Numbered from the stretch's first letter, positions 22,531 to 33,000 are shown. The stretch: DNA of 33,000 nucleotides from Dicyema japonicum (GCA_011109175.1 RDEW01000019.1:619482-652481); one strand, 5' to 3'. The notes: generated by a model from the sequence alone, not told the origin. Translations and numbers: made by a program.

Positions 22531-22700
22531 ATTGCCGTATTTAACGTTCAATATCATTAAATTCATAAGGTTCAATATTAATCAGTCCAATATTAATAAT
22601 ACTTATAAGTATATATAAAAAATCTATTAATAATATTATTTAAGTTGGATAACCAATATAAGCAATAGTATATCTATTTAATGCGTACATATATCAGATA

Positions 22701-23489
22701 ATGGCTTCCATTGCTAGTTTTTTCGTCGCACTCAATGCGTCACTTATCTTGGTAGTATTTTAGTGACTAGTTTTTAGGCTCTCTCAGGACTTATGTTTTA
22801 TTTATGTTCCATCGTTTTAGTAAATGTCAATGAGGTGAAAGAAAGTCTAAATGATCAAAAGTTTTTTGGTATCGGAGTTTTCGTTATCATTCTAATTGCG
22901 GCTTTTTTCCTCATTGGCGCTATTTCCGGTTTCTCTATTCTTTTCGTTAATGCCAAATACCACAGATATTTTGTAATCAATTTTATAATGATATAGTTCA
23001 TATTCGTTTTGATTTTTACTTTTGTGGTTGCTATTTTGTTTTTGGTAGTTTTTTCAAGCTATGATGAAGAAACTGTATTAAAAAATTCACGTAGAGTTGA
23101 TCGCATGATAAACGAATACGACTACAATGTTGTCCCTGTTGATATAATGCAGCAAACAGTTTATTAAATTGTTAAATTAAGTTTAAATGTTGTGGAGGGT
23201 TTTTTGGTGCTCTAAGTTACACTAATTTGCCTCATTTCCCAAGATCTTGTTGTCCACCAGACAAAAGAAAGGATTGTACATTATTATCTATGTATACTGT
23301 GGTATTGGTCTCCCTTATTTGTAGAACTGTCCAATTCGGGTAAGTCAATTACTTTTGGATGAATATAAAAAGTCGATTAGTGCAACATCAATAATTGTTA
23401 TTTTGCTGGTTTGCCGTAAAGCTGATTTGTAGCTTATTGGGATTGCCAGTACTTTTTTCCTCCTCGGCAGAGACAGGCGTCATAATTAA
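22701..23489 (+). CDS. Tetraspanin, copy 2 (222 aa, 6 exons)
   Basis: Colinear with copy 1 at offset 14304; introns 22752-22777, 22973-22996, 23159-23181, 23302-23324, 23409-23432; open frame with CCG and PRSCC intact; 25 amino-acid differences by manual count. Confidence 0.93.
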
Positions 23490-23871
23490 ATTTAACTTTC
23501 CTTTAGTTTATTTTTATTTGATAATTTAACTTTGATTTCATTTTTTATTTGAAGTTAATTTTTTTTTTCATATTTTTGATATTTTTCTTGACTTGTCAAA
23601 AAAATGAGAAATTCACTAAATTTGCTTTAATAATTTTTTACAAGCTCAATAACTCCATAATTAATTATCTACCATAATTAAATGGTTTTTTGGACAAGAT
23701 TACAATTCCATAATTAATTATCGGTTTTTTATTATCCGGTTGAATTGTTGAAATTTGAGGTGAGTATTATTTTTTTCACTTGACTGGATCATTTTTTTGA
23801 GGAACGTTTCTTCCTTTTTTGTTGAAGACTTTCGTATTTAGAAGGAATTATCTTTGTGGCTGCGACATTGG

Positions 23872-24075
23872 ACACTTATTTAGTTATTAACCCCTACCTC
23901 GCTACCTTGTAAAAGGTATGCTGTCTTCAGGTATCTAGCAGCTATTACTGTACACTTCCACAGGTCTCTGATGTTCGCAAGAGGTCTCGGCTTGGAGTGA
24001 GCTTCTTGTAGAATCAATGATAATTGGTCCAGTGGTAGAAGCCAGAGTCTGATTCGTCTCTTAGGAGAAAGTTTT
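23872..24075 (-). mobile_element. I-group (Ingi/Vingi-like) LINE 3' end
   Basis: IRDLWKCTVIAARYL..GVNN* ending in ggggttaataactaaataa. Confidence 0.6.
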
Positions 24076-24196
24076 AATAGAATTAATTTTACGTCTGATT
24101 TAATAAAATTTATTAAAAATATTAAAAACAATTTTAGAAAAAAACATACATTTTTGTGAAAAAGACGAAAATACGCTTCGCATATCTGTCCTAGAC

Positions 24197-25373
24197 CAGT
24201 GTTTCTTTACCTTTTTTAAGTCAGTGCCCCTTTTGATACAATTTTGAAGCTTCGAAATTTCAGCGCCCCCTTAAGATTAAATTTAATTTTTTTCAATTGC
24301 GGATTTATTAAAACTGTTTCTTTTAGAGTGCAATGCCAACTGACCAAATTTTAATATGACCAAGTCATATTTAAATTTTATGTTATTTCTGGAAATATAT
24401 TATTTTTTCAGTTCAAATGGATTTATACACCAATCAAAAAATTTTAAATTTTCTAACTTATTAAAGCGAATTTTCATGTCGTCTCTGAACTTTTTTGGAT
24501 GCAAACAGTAACATTCACAGTCTGACTTCGTTAATTTTTTGACCTAATAAATATTATTACGAAAAATAAACCCCAAATTTTTGTATACTTAGAAAATTAA
24601 TAAAATCTTTTTTAATGTTTTCATAAAGCATTAATTTTTTAATAAAAGGCATGATAATTCCATTTTTACAGCCTTTTCACGAGAGCCATAGTATTTATAG
24701 CTCCGCATAGGCAGGACACACACTTTATTTAAGTAAAAAACAGTTAATTTTAACTAATCGTAGAACCAAGGAATGACTTCACTTCTTTTTTTCTTTTTCC
24801 TGTGTGTGGGTCCTTTCTAGACTATCCAGTTCCGCAGTGAATATCCACTGATGACTGTGTCACTCATCAAACCTTTTTAGCATCATAGATGCGTGGAACC
24901 TTCCACCAGGTGAACAGCAGCGACAATCGAACCCGTAACCTAAGCCACTTTTGCACAACACCTAACCACCATTTACGTTTATTAAATTGTTGTTGTTTCT
25001 CTGCAAGCTAATATTTACTTGATTGGTTTTATGAAAAAATCTTAAGCTGATATAACATTCTTGAGAGTTTCATTCCTTTATTTGTAAAGACCTTCTTACA
25101 CATAAGAGACATAGGAAGTAATTTGTTATGCTCGTAGGGTAACACTCCAAACTTTAAGTATTCATCCGAATATATAAGTCGTTTTACTTTTTTATCACAC
25201 ATCTATAAAATATTTAAAAAAATAAGAAAATATATCAATAAATAATTTTTTAGAAATTACACAAGAAAAGTATAATTAATTTAAAAAGCACGTGATAAAT
25301 ATTTATAAAATCTAATGAAAATATTTATAATAATTAAAAAATTAAAATTCCAGCGCCCCCTTGAGAACCACTG
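24197..25373. mobile_element. hAT MITE with perfect 8-bp TSD, carrying a nested SINE
   Basis: TSD tcctagac at 24189-24196 and 25374-25381; TIRs CAGTGTTTCTTTA and TTGAGAACCACTG; subterminal cagcgccccctt near both ends; non-coding AT-rich interior. Confidence 0.92.
24674..24970 (-). mobile_element. tRNA-derived SINE with RTE-like tail
   Basis: Reverse complement aligns along its length with 28085-28360; B box GGGTTCGATT; tail matches 11390-11432. Confidence 0.85.
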
Positions 25374-25491
25374 TCCTAGACAAATGAAATTCAGTCAGTC
25401 TTGAAGTTCTTCTCCTAATCGGTTTCTTTTTACGAAAGGAGACGATTCCGGGAAGAATACGAGACGCTCAGGAAAGCTTTAATTGTTAGTG

Positions 25492-25559
25492 TGCGTCATG
25501 TGGTTCATCGTCTCTGGTGGTGTGAGATATAATCCTAAATTATATCCAAAAAGAACTAT
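25492..25559 (+). ncRNA. HDV-ribozyme-like pseudoknot (isolated copy)
   Basis: P1 UGCGUC/GGUGUG (wobble-rich); P2 GUGGUUC 25500-25506/GAACUAU 25553-25559; P3 AUC/GGU; P4 GAUAUAAU 25526-25533/AUUAUAUC 25539-25546; J4/2 CAAAAA. Confidence 0.62.
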
Positions 25560-25830
25560 TAGTAAACAACCACCGAGAGAAGTTTTCCGTGGACGGCACT
25601 TCCTTCAAGTCCGAGCATGCAAAGACTGCTGATGGAAATCTGAATCACCTAAATTTTTTTTATTCTGGCTATGACAGTTTTTTTCTGGTTCAATAAATTC
25701 AAAAATTTAATTTAATTTGTCCCTCATCAACGAAGATTTGTCAAATACCCATAATTTTAGCCAACTAAGACTCGAACTAATTATTCTTATTCCTGAAAGT
25801 TAGGGTATCCGATATCTTGAGTCCATTAAG

Positions 25831-25936
25831 AAAACTATATCCGTCTTGATGGAATAAAGATATTCATTGTACTGGAACTATGCTATACAGCACCAGAATT
25901 AGGTCACCCACCCTATTTTCTAACCTCAATGAGATA
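25831..25936 (+). repeat. Second copy of the ~105-bp repeat at 9588-9693
   Basis: Direct match with two small indels. Confidence 0.85.
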
Positions 25937-26685
25937 ACCGTCACCAAAAAGTTAAAGTTAAAAATATTTTTTGTAATAAAAATTAAATTTTAATAAAATT
26001 TTAATTTATTTTAAATAATGATAACAACTATTAGAATTTACGTGTAATTATGTTCCGAATCAAATTAACCAAATGTTTAGTGCTCATATCGATTTTGTAC
26101 TTTTCATACTCAATGTACAATCTCTACAACATCCTTATGCCCAAAAAATGTACAAAGTCATGTATTCAGTCTGCACTAATGCACAATCCAACAATAAAAG
26201 TCTAATTTATTATCATAGATTAAACTGCACATCTCTGATAATAAAAGATTCCATAGTGGTGATCACATAGATGTACCAATCGACGATTATTCAAAGCCTT
26301 TTCAAAAGTAGCTACGAAAATTTATTTTTAGAGTCCACCAAATTAACATTTCACACTCAAAAAATGCTTCGTTATATGCTCACGTAATTATGTACATGAA
26401 TGAAAAAGAAGTTGACCGACAATTATACAATTTAACATATTTTCAGCCTGCTGTGAACAACAATACGAATTTATTGTCAAAGTCGCATGTTTATTATTAA
26501 ATTATTATTTTAGAGTGGCGAACCATCTGAAATACACTCTCATTGGAAAGGAGTAATTTATCTTAGTATAGTTGAGCCCATTCCGCTGAGTGTTTTACTC
26601 TCATCTCGACACATAATAAGAAATTTAAAGTATTTTATACTAGCCATTATAGATTAACACAAAATGAAGAATACATTCCTTTCCT

Positions 26686-27078
26686 TTATATAAATGATCT
26701 CAAATTTGTCAGAGAGGACGGATTTGTATGAAACTTAGTGATTTTTAGCTTCTTGATGATTCTTATGTTGCAAAAAACCTCACAGTTGATTACCGTCCCA
26801 TTTCCTAGGACTTTACTCATGCATGCCGAAATGTTGGATAGTATGAACTCTTTGAGAGAGCTTGGTAACTCTATTGCCTTAACATTCAACAGGAGTGAAC
26901 GAAAAGTCCTTTGATGACATGAAAAGCTTGTTAAATGCCAATATCTACTTACTTTTGGTGACATTTGGCGTATCAATGTTACACGTACTTTGTCCATGTA
27001 ACCGTAGCTGCTGCTCGATATGATGGCGATCAAGTCAGAAGTCGATTTTTGGCGTAAAAATGAGTCAAATGATGGCAT
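26686..27078 (-). other. 130-codon ORF of unknown origin (gene or TE remnant)
   Basis: ATG-initiated, long for this AT content, no motif recognised. Confidence 0.25.
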
Positions 27079-28068
27079 TTCTGTTATCGCCAGTAATATT
27101 GCATAATCAAGCCTTAGTCCGATGGCGCTGCGTTAGCAGTGTAGTTATCCTACTCTACCTGAGAGATCAGAATGCTAGTATTCTCGTCTTGGTGCCATTT
27201 TTCCTTGGTGTTTTGCTTGAAGTTGTGCTTTTCCGTAATTTATAGTTTTGGAAAGTCATAAAAAGCACACGTGCTAGTTTCAGAATCTCCTGGCCATTCG
27301 TGGAAGTTTTAGTAAATTTAACTATTAGTTTGCCAGTTGTTCTGAAGAGGAATTAAAGTCGTGGAAGGTGGAAGCTGAGGTTTATCGATTTGGTAACGTG
27401 GGTTAGTGTGTTCGATTTATGAGTCCATTCATGATACCACTGTTGGTGGGAACTGCAATTTATACAATGCTTTATGTTCCGCAGAAAAGGTTGCTGTCTA
27501 TATGACCAAAATAGTTGGTATTCGTGGATTTTGTCGACTTTGGCTAATTGTAAGAAACACTCTTTATTTTAGGCGTTTATTGCTTTGGATTTGTGTTTAT
27601 GCTTCCTCAGTTGTACATTAACTACAAGGTTAGATTCGCGTTAATTGCTTTTTATTATTTTATTTAAAATATTTTTATAATTTATTTAAATTTAATTTGA
27701 ATTTTCTTATTATTTCATCATTTTTATAGCTTAAATCGGTGGACAAACTACCGTGGACTGCTTTAGTATATAAGGTAGCATGTACGAATGTTGTAGGGTG
27801 TTAATGCATTTATTGACGATTTGTTTGTGTTTGTGATCAGAATGCCGACTGCCCACAGATTGGCTCGGTTTAGAGATGATATTGTGTTCATTATTTATTT
27901 AGTACAGAGATGGTAAGCTACTTTGTGAAGCTTATAGGATGTACCCAGTGGATGACTCTCGGACATTACACTATAAGGAGGATTAATTTAATTTTTAAAA
28001 CACTTTTTAATAAGACAATATTGGTGTCTGGGTTTTATTTTTTTTAATTTTAAAAATTTTTCATTATT

Positions 28069-28409
28069 GGCATAGCCGGGTGGCATAGTGGTTAGGTGTC
28101 GGGCTAAAGTGACTTAGGTCATGGATTCGATTTTCGCTGCTGTTCACCTGGTGGAAGGTTCCACGTATCTACGATGCGGAAAGGGCTTGACGAGTGACGC
28201 CGTCATCAGTGGAGTTTCACTGCGGAACTGAATAGTCAAAAGGACATAGACACAAGAAAAAGAAACAACAAAGAAGTGAAGAGCATTCCTTGGTTCTCCC
28301 TCTACGATTAGTTATAATAACTGTTCTTTACTTAAATAAAGTGTGTGTTCTGCACGAGCGGAACAGTAGGGATCTTACGTACTTATAGCAACGCGGTAGT
28401 GCTTTATTT
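28069..28409 (+). mobile_element. tRNA-derived SINE, apparently full length, probable 12-bp TSD
   Basis: A box TGGCATAGTGG 28081-28091; B-box-like GGATTCGATT 28123-28132; body shared with 24674-24970(-); flanking tttttcattatt at 28057-28068 and 28410-28421. Confidence 0.85.
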
Positions 28410-28470
28410 TTTTTCATTATTTATTAAATTACATAATTTTGCTTCATATCTTTTTTTCGTTACAGTTGGC

Positions 28471-28730
28471 TATTATTAACCCCAGCTTCAAATGCAGGGG
28501 TTAGTTTGTTGTCAGGTTAGATAAACTCTCATAGAGCTTGTACGCCGACGGCAGTTTCCGGTCTAGCGCAAGTAAAAAATCAAAAAAATTCTCTTTAAAT
28601 AGAGATTGGTGATATCCACGATATAGACAGGCGAGTTCCACTCTGACGAGGAATTGATTCTGAGGGGCTGATTTCAGGAGATTTGTAATTGAGTACTTTG
28701 TTTTCCTAAAAGGCTCGAATTGCACGGGTA
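28471..28730 (-). mobile_element. I-group (Ingi/Vingi-like) LINE 3' end, internally deleted
   Basis: VRVELACLYRGYHQSL (RxxLAxLRxGY/H) and ggggttaataata tail. Confidence 0.65.
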
Positions 28731-28774
28731 AACATGAAGTGTTTTTTTTGGTCCGTTTTTTGGTTTTTGTCTGT

Positions 28775-28920
28775 TAAAGGTAAACAACGCCATTATCCCC
28801 TACAGCAAATCTACAAACATCCTGGGAGTCACATTTGACATGCACATGTGATTCTCGCAGCATGCGAGAAGATTAACCTTCTGAAGAAACTCCTAGGATT
28901 ATGAAGGTCGGTCTGTAGCC
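28775..28920 (+). mobile_element. LINE RT C-terminal fragment
   Basis: VNNAIIPYSKSTNILGVTFDMHM*FSQH. Confidence 0.6.
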
Positions 28921-30382
28921 ATCCAGTAAAGACCTCTTATATGACAAAACAGTGGACGTCTGAAGTGAAAAGTTCGGCGCCGACACCTCTGGAGGCTTTA
29001 ATTTGAAAAATGGATGTACTTGGCTCTTGTATCGGGACCGGTCAGTTTTTCGGCCAGTTCGGAGTGTGTAGGCTCAATGAAGGAACACCTGGCAAAGCTG
29101 AGGGCGCTACTTAGTTGCGTCGGGATCACTTTGCTTAATTAATCCTGGTTTAACAGTGAATTTAATTTAATAGTCGTAACCGTGTAGTATTAATTCAAGT
29201 GTTATTCTATAATGTCGCTTAATTAAACATTCAATATTGATATTGCTAGGTCTCTGTGACGCAAATAGCAGTTAATATGAAAATAGGCAAATAATCGTAA
29301 CATTATGATTTCGATTTTTTTGAATAATTATTCTTAGGTTTTAATGAAAACAGAACCGATTGTGATTTACCTCTCCTATTCGGAAGGTTAATGGTTTAAA
29401 AAACATCATTTTGTCATTCTTCCCTGTTCCTACAGGACTGTTGATTGTTTTGAGACAAGCAATCCAGGCTTCTATACAGAAATGGGTTAAAGGAAAACAG
29501 AGCCGTCAGCCCCTTTATCGGCTCCAGAAGCTCAAAATCCAGCACGTGCTGAACTTTTTTGCAGATTTTCAGTCGAGGTGTCCATGCATGTAGAATAACA
29601 CCTAAGACACTTCTCTGCTCAGAGCATTGTAGTGATGCCATGCCACTTGACCTTTAACTATCATTTCTGTCCTGTTCAGTGTTCGATTAAGAAAAGCATT
29701 TCCAACAAAATACTTCAAGTCAAAAAACTGAATGACAGTAATCCTGAGTCTATGCCTCTGGAACACTTTTACTTTAACGACAACAAAAATTCATGAGAGT
29801 AGCCAAACTACCAAACTGCCGCTTTCGACACCTTTGTCGAATACCTTAAAAACCATTCAAGATAAGAGAAGATTCTAAGCCGGCTGTAAAGAAGGGTTCA
29901 AGAATTTCATACCCAGCAGTTTCGATCTCCCCTTGATGGTCTATGATTCCATAGTTAGATTAATAGTGTCACTAAATTTTTAAGGGCAAAAAAAAGACTC
30001 AATAAATTTTTCTCATTTTCAGCTCCTCCTCTAAAAACATAGTTTTCCATGTGGAAATTGACGAAAATGGTCAGGAGACCTTATAAATATGGTGGTTAAG
30101 TATACCTTATTTAGTCATTAGTTCTGATGGTCTTTACATAAATTTAGGCGGAAGATCCAGAAACAGCTCTTTCACGTCTTGGTCTTGAGGATAACTCATT
30201 ATTAGTTTTTAGATGTTATTTTATCCAAAAAATATATTTACCCTTATCCAACGTTAATCATTTGAGAATGATGCGATTGTTCGGGAAAGTTACGTTAATG
30301 GTCAGGAACCTTATCGTTTGACCATTCGGAAACTATAATAAAAAATTTAAAAAAATTAAATTATTCCAAAAACCAAAGATAA

Positions 30383-30580
30383 AACCAAACTAACTATCTT
30401 TTCGATCCTGACGTGTTCCAGCGATTCCAAAACTTGTCTCCAGTTAACGAAATTGTCTCCCAGTGGACAGAATGGTATGATCCTTTTGATGCCAGCTAGG
30501 CATTGGGTGTCTCCTTAGTAAGGTGATCCAATGACGCTATCATAATGAAGGAAAATAAATTTTTAACCAACTAACCAATG
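30383..30580 (-). mobile_element. Short non-autonomous element (copy D) with HDV-like fold at 30478-30538
   Basis: Reverse complement: ttggttagttggttaa...agcgtcattggatcaccttactaaggagacacccaatgcctagctggcatcaaaaggatca...gtcaggatcgaaaagatagttagtttggtt; P4 AUGCC/GGCAU followed by CAAAA. Confidence 0.72.
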
Positions 30581-31599
30581 ATTTGTACAAAAATTACGAA
30601 AAATATTATTCTGAAAATTATAAGAACAGTTAGCCAGGTACTTAATTGGGTGGAAGGTTCGGATGGTACTGTTTCTCTAATACATAGAATGTCTACTAAT
30701 CTTCATGATGGATGAAACTTCTTTATTCCATCATTTTGTGAGCATGCACGAGGTTTCGAGCTCAGAAGATATCAGAAAGCCATACTTCTGAACGAATTAA
30801 TTGTCGATGCACGTAGTTTCCTCTCACTGAAGCTGATCCTGAGTTAACTGCTGTCGGTGCAACGTTGAAAAGGATAAATTAAAAATAACTAAATAAAAAA
30901 TTTGTTATCAACAAAAAATATGAGAATTTATTATAAATTAAAATCTACTGATACTCCCGCGTTACCCATAAGCATATGTATACTAAGGGTTCCTCTTGTT
31001 TCGTGCTCTTCACTATCCGTTCTACCGACTTTCTCTATGTAACTTTCCTTCACGCAGTCTTCGCAGTTCACCGAGGTCGTCAATAAGGTAGAATAGACAG
31101 ATTGAGACTTAGACATTATTAGAGAGGTGTCGACCACTCTCCAAGAAGAATTAAATATTTTTAATTTCAGCGTCGCGAAACCGAATGGTTGTTACAAAGG
31201 ATTTCTCTGGCAGTTGTCAGGGAAAACAGCCATTCCATTCTATCTGCTGGATTATTTTGATTGTCTTGTTTCTTAATAAAATTGTTTTCTCTTTTCAATC
31301 TCAAAAAAAATATCGTAAATTTGTTTAAATTTGAATTTTAACGTTCAAAAAATCTATATTGGATCAAAATATGTTGCAATTATATATTTCGATACTCAAA
31401 AAATGTTTAGTTTTTATAAAAAAAAAAAAAAACATCTATAATCATATCAATATTTGGTCGAATTTTATTTTTTCTAGTTGTTGAAAGCGCTACGGCACGT
31501 GGGCTACTTCCTTAGTTTGCACATAGTGTAGGGTTTCGTTTTATTTTTTTAAAAGCGCTTGAAATCACTACAGATTGTCACAGTTAAATCCCTTAGGTC

Positions 31600-31738
31600 T
31601 CTTTGAATTGAGCTATCACTGATCACGCCGTCACTTGTCAAATCAAAAAACATAAAACCTTCACCATATTGGATAGCTAAGAGATTCGAACTCAGAAACA
31701 TATGGAATCTGTCCGAGACTTCTAACACTAAGCCATTT
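31600..31738 (-). mobile_element. Diverged tRNA-derived SINE related to 28069 and 24674
   Basis: A box TGGCTTAGTGTTAG, B box GAGTTCGAATCTC; body ttgacaagtgacggcgtgatcagtg versus ttgacgagtgacgccgtcatcagtg at ~28190. Confidence 0.7.
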
Positions 31739-32022
31739 ATTTATTTACCCCCGGTCCCTTAGAGTGAAAGAACCGGTGACTAACAAGTACGTCACAGCCA
31801 AGAACAGACGCTCCCCGAGATCCGACAGGTATATTTGGTTATGTCAGAACTCGGAGGTGGACACGGAACACTTGGTTTTCATGCAGATCACCTGCTCATT
31901 GAGGAAACTGCTTACATTTGTAGTAAACAGACCCAACTTATTTCCCTTACCAAACAACTTCCATATATTTTGCTTCGTAGTAGCTACGAGACGAGCGCCA
32001 GGCTAACGTACCCAGATTACTT
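31739..32022 (-). mobile_element. 5'-truncated I-group LINE with a 16-bp TSD
   Basis: taacactaagccattt at 31723-31738 and 32023-32038; encodes LSDLGERLFLAVTYL..RG* and ends ccgggggtaaataaata. Confidence 0.75.
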
Positions 32023-32089
32023 TAACACTAAGCCATTTTAACTAATCTGCCAAATTAAGTGAGTTAAAAAAATTTTAAATAAAAATAAA

Positions 32090-33000
32090 TTAAATTTCAG
32101 ACTTCTTATTAAGTTGTTCTTTAAGCCTATTCCACGTTTTTTCAACCTAAAATAGTAGCAATCATCCAACCTGTTTTCTAGTAAAAGAATAATCCCATTT
32201 TGTGCAAAATATGACATTCGCATTCTGAACAAAGGTTTTATCATCATTCAACGTTGATATTCGTTTTCTCGCCTCTTCCATTTCCAGTCCATTTCTTCTA
32301 CACAGTCGCTCGCAGGCCAGTTCTCTATCCAAAACGGTCACCCAGAGCTCATTCATGAACAAATGAAAGTTCGCCTCGATAATCAACGCGCCGTCAAAAA
32401 TTAAAATCTCGTGCCCTTTGGTTATCCCATCTCACCAACCTTCATCAAAGAGTTCTTTTGCTTTCTTGAAGGACAATTCACGGATTTTTGGCCTAACAAT
32501 CGAACTCAGTTTCTCCAGCAAAATTTTGTCATTAAAAACGATCCTTCCAAGTTCCTTTCGGTTAATAGTCCCATCAGAAGAAATTATCCGGTCTCCAAAG
32601 GTTTCCACAAGTTTGTAGTACACTGAGGTCCCAGGATTATAAGCTTCATGAGCTATTTGTTAAATATTGATGAGAATCACCGATTTGGTCCATTTCAAGA
32701 AAACCAGCCCCCAGTTCCTTAAATTGCCGACCAATAGAAGTCTTTCCACTGCAGCTGCAGCCAGTAAGACCAATCAAGTAAGCTCTCCTACCCAACAACT
32801 CCTCAACTTGTAGCGGATCGGAGCGAGGAGGCCTTACTAAGGCTCCTAGGCTACTCAGGCGGATCTGACTTGAGCACAATTTGTCCCCGTTCTGGTTTTC
32901 TATGAGGCCAACCACGTGGATGGAGACCTTCTCACAATTCTATAAATATTTATATTTTCGTACATTTTTCTGTCGAATTTCGTTCAAATCTTCTACATAG
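32090..33000 (-). CDS. COASY: Bifunctional CoA synthase (end of PPAT domain plus dephospho-CoA kinase); 5'-partial
   Basis: Introns 32940-32963 (24 nt), 32653-32680 (28), 32416-32439 (24) and 32147-32170 (24) give an open frame: LNEIRQKN..DKLCSSQIR (PPAT KxSSSxxR-like), YLIGLTGCSCSGKTS (P-loop), DQIAHEAY, INRKELGRIVF, DGALIIEA, NELWV, RLCRRNGL, ANVIFCTKW..RKQVEKTWNRL..*. Confidence 0.95.

Noticed and set aside
24846-24875. Hammerhead ribozyme core (CTGATGA) in the SINE
   Set aside because: No stem II followed by GAAA; it is one arm of a simple tgatga/tcatca hairpin on the SINE antisense strand.
28075-28145. tRNA gene
   Set aside because: A and B boxes are present but no acceptor stem closes, and the sequence continues into a body shared with other copies, so it is a SINE head. 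The same applies to 31670-31738.
29410-29990. Gene or transposase fragment
   Set aside because: Short ORFs on both strands with no recognisable motif.
32411-32626. Plus-strand ORFs of 71 and 66 aa
   Set aside because: Antisense shadows of a COASY exon. The plus-strand ORFs at 20485, 20748, 17424, 11275 and 11725 are likewise shadows of TE coding sequence.
1-33000. Prokaryotic systems (CRISPR, operons, defence islands) or ciliate origin
   Set aside because: No repeat-spacer arrays or dense ORFs; spliceosomal introns and eukaryotic TEs throughout; TAA/TAG used as stops, unlike Paramecium.

Overview
AT-rich eukaryotic, most likely animal, genomic DNA in the standard genetic code with ultra-short GT-AG introns (23-30 nt). 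This fits a dicyemid mesozoan (inference only). Intact spliced genes are a coiled-coil protein running off the left edge, two near-identical tetraspanins 14.3 kb apart, and the 3' part of bifunctional CoA synthase (COASY) running off the right edge. Decayed host genes are MRPL47, a choline-transporter-like (SLC44) fragment and a possible class-A GPCR. The rest is a dense graveyard of short mobile-element pieces: Ingi/Vingi-like, RTE-like, CRE-like and R4-like non-LTR retrotransposons, hAT transposons/MITEs and tRNA-headed SINEs. The standout is an RNA motif with HDV-ribozyme topology (P1-P2-P3-P3'-P1'-P4-P4'-P2') in six copies, with compensatory changes in P2 and P4 and non-canonical loops (6-nt L3, C-A5 J4/2). 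One copy forms the 5' end of an APE-RT LINE that also has a 2A-like peptide, as in trypanosome L1Tc/ingi. Four copies lie inside short non-autonomous elements. All family calls come from manual motif recognition; no database search or folding program was run.
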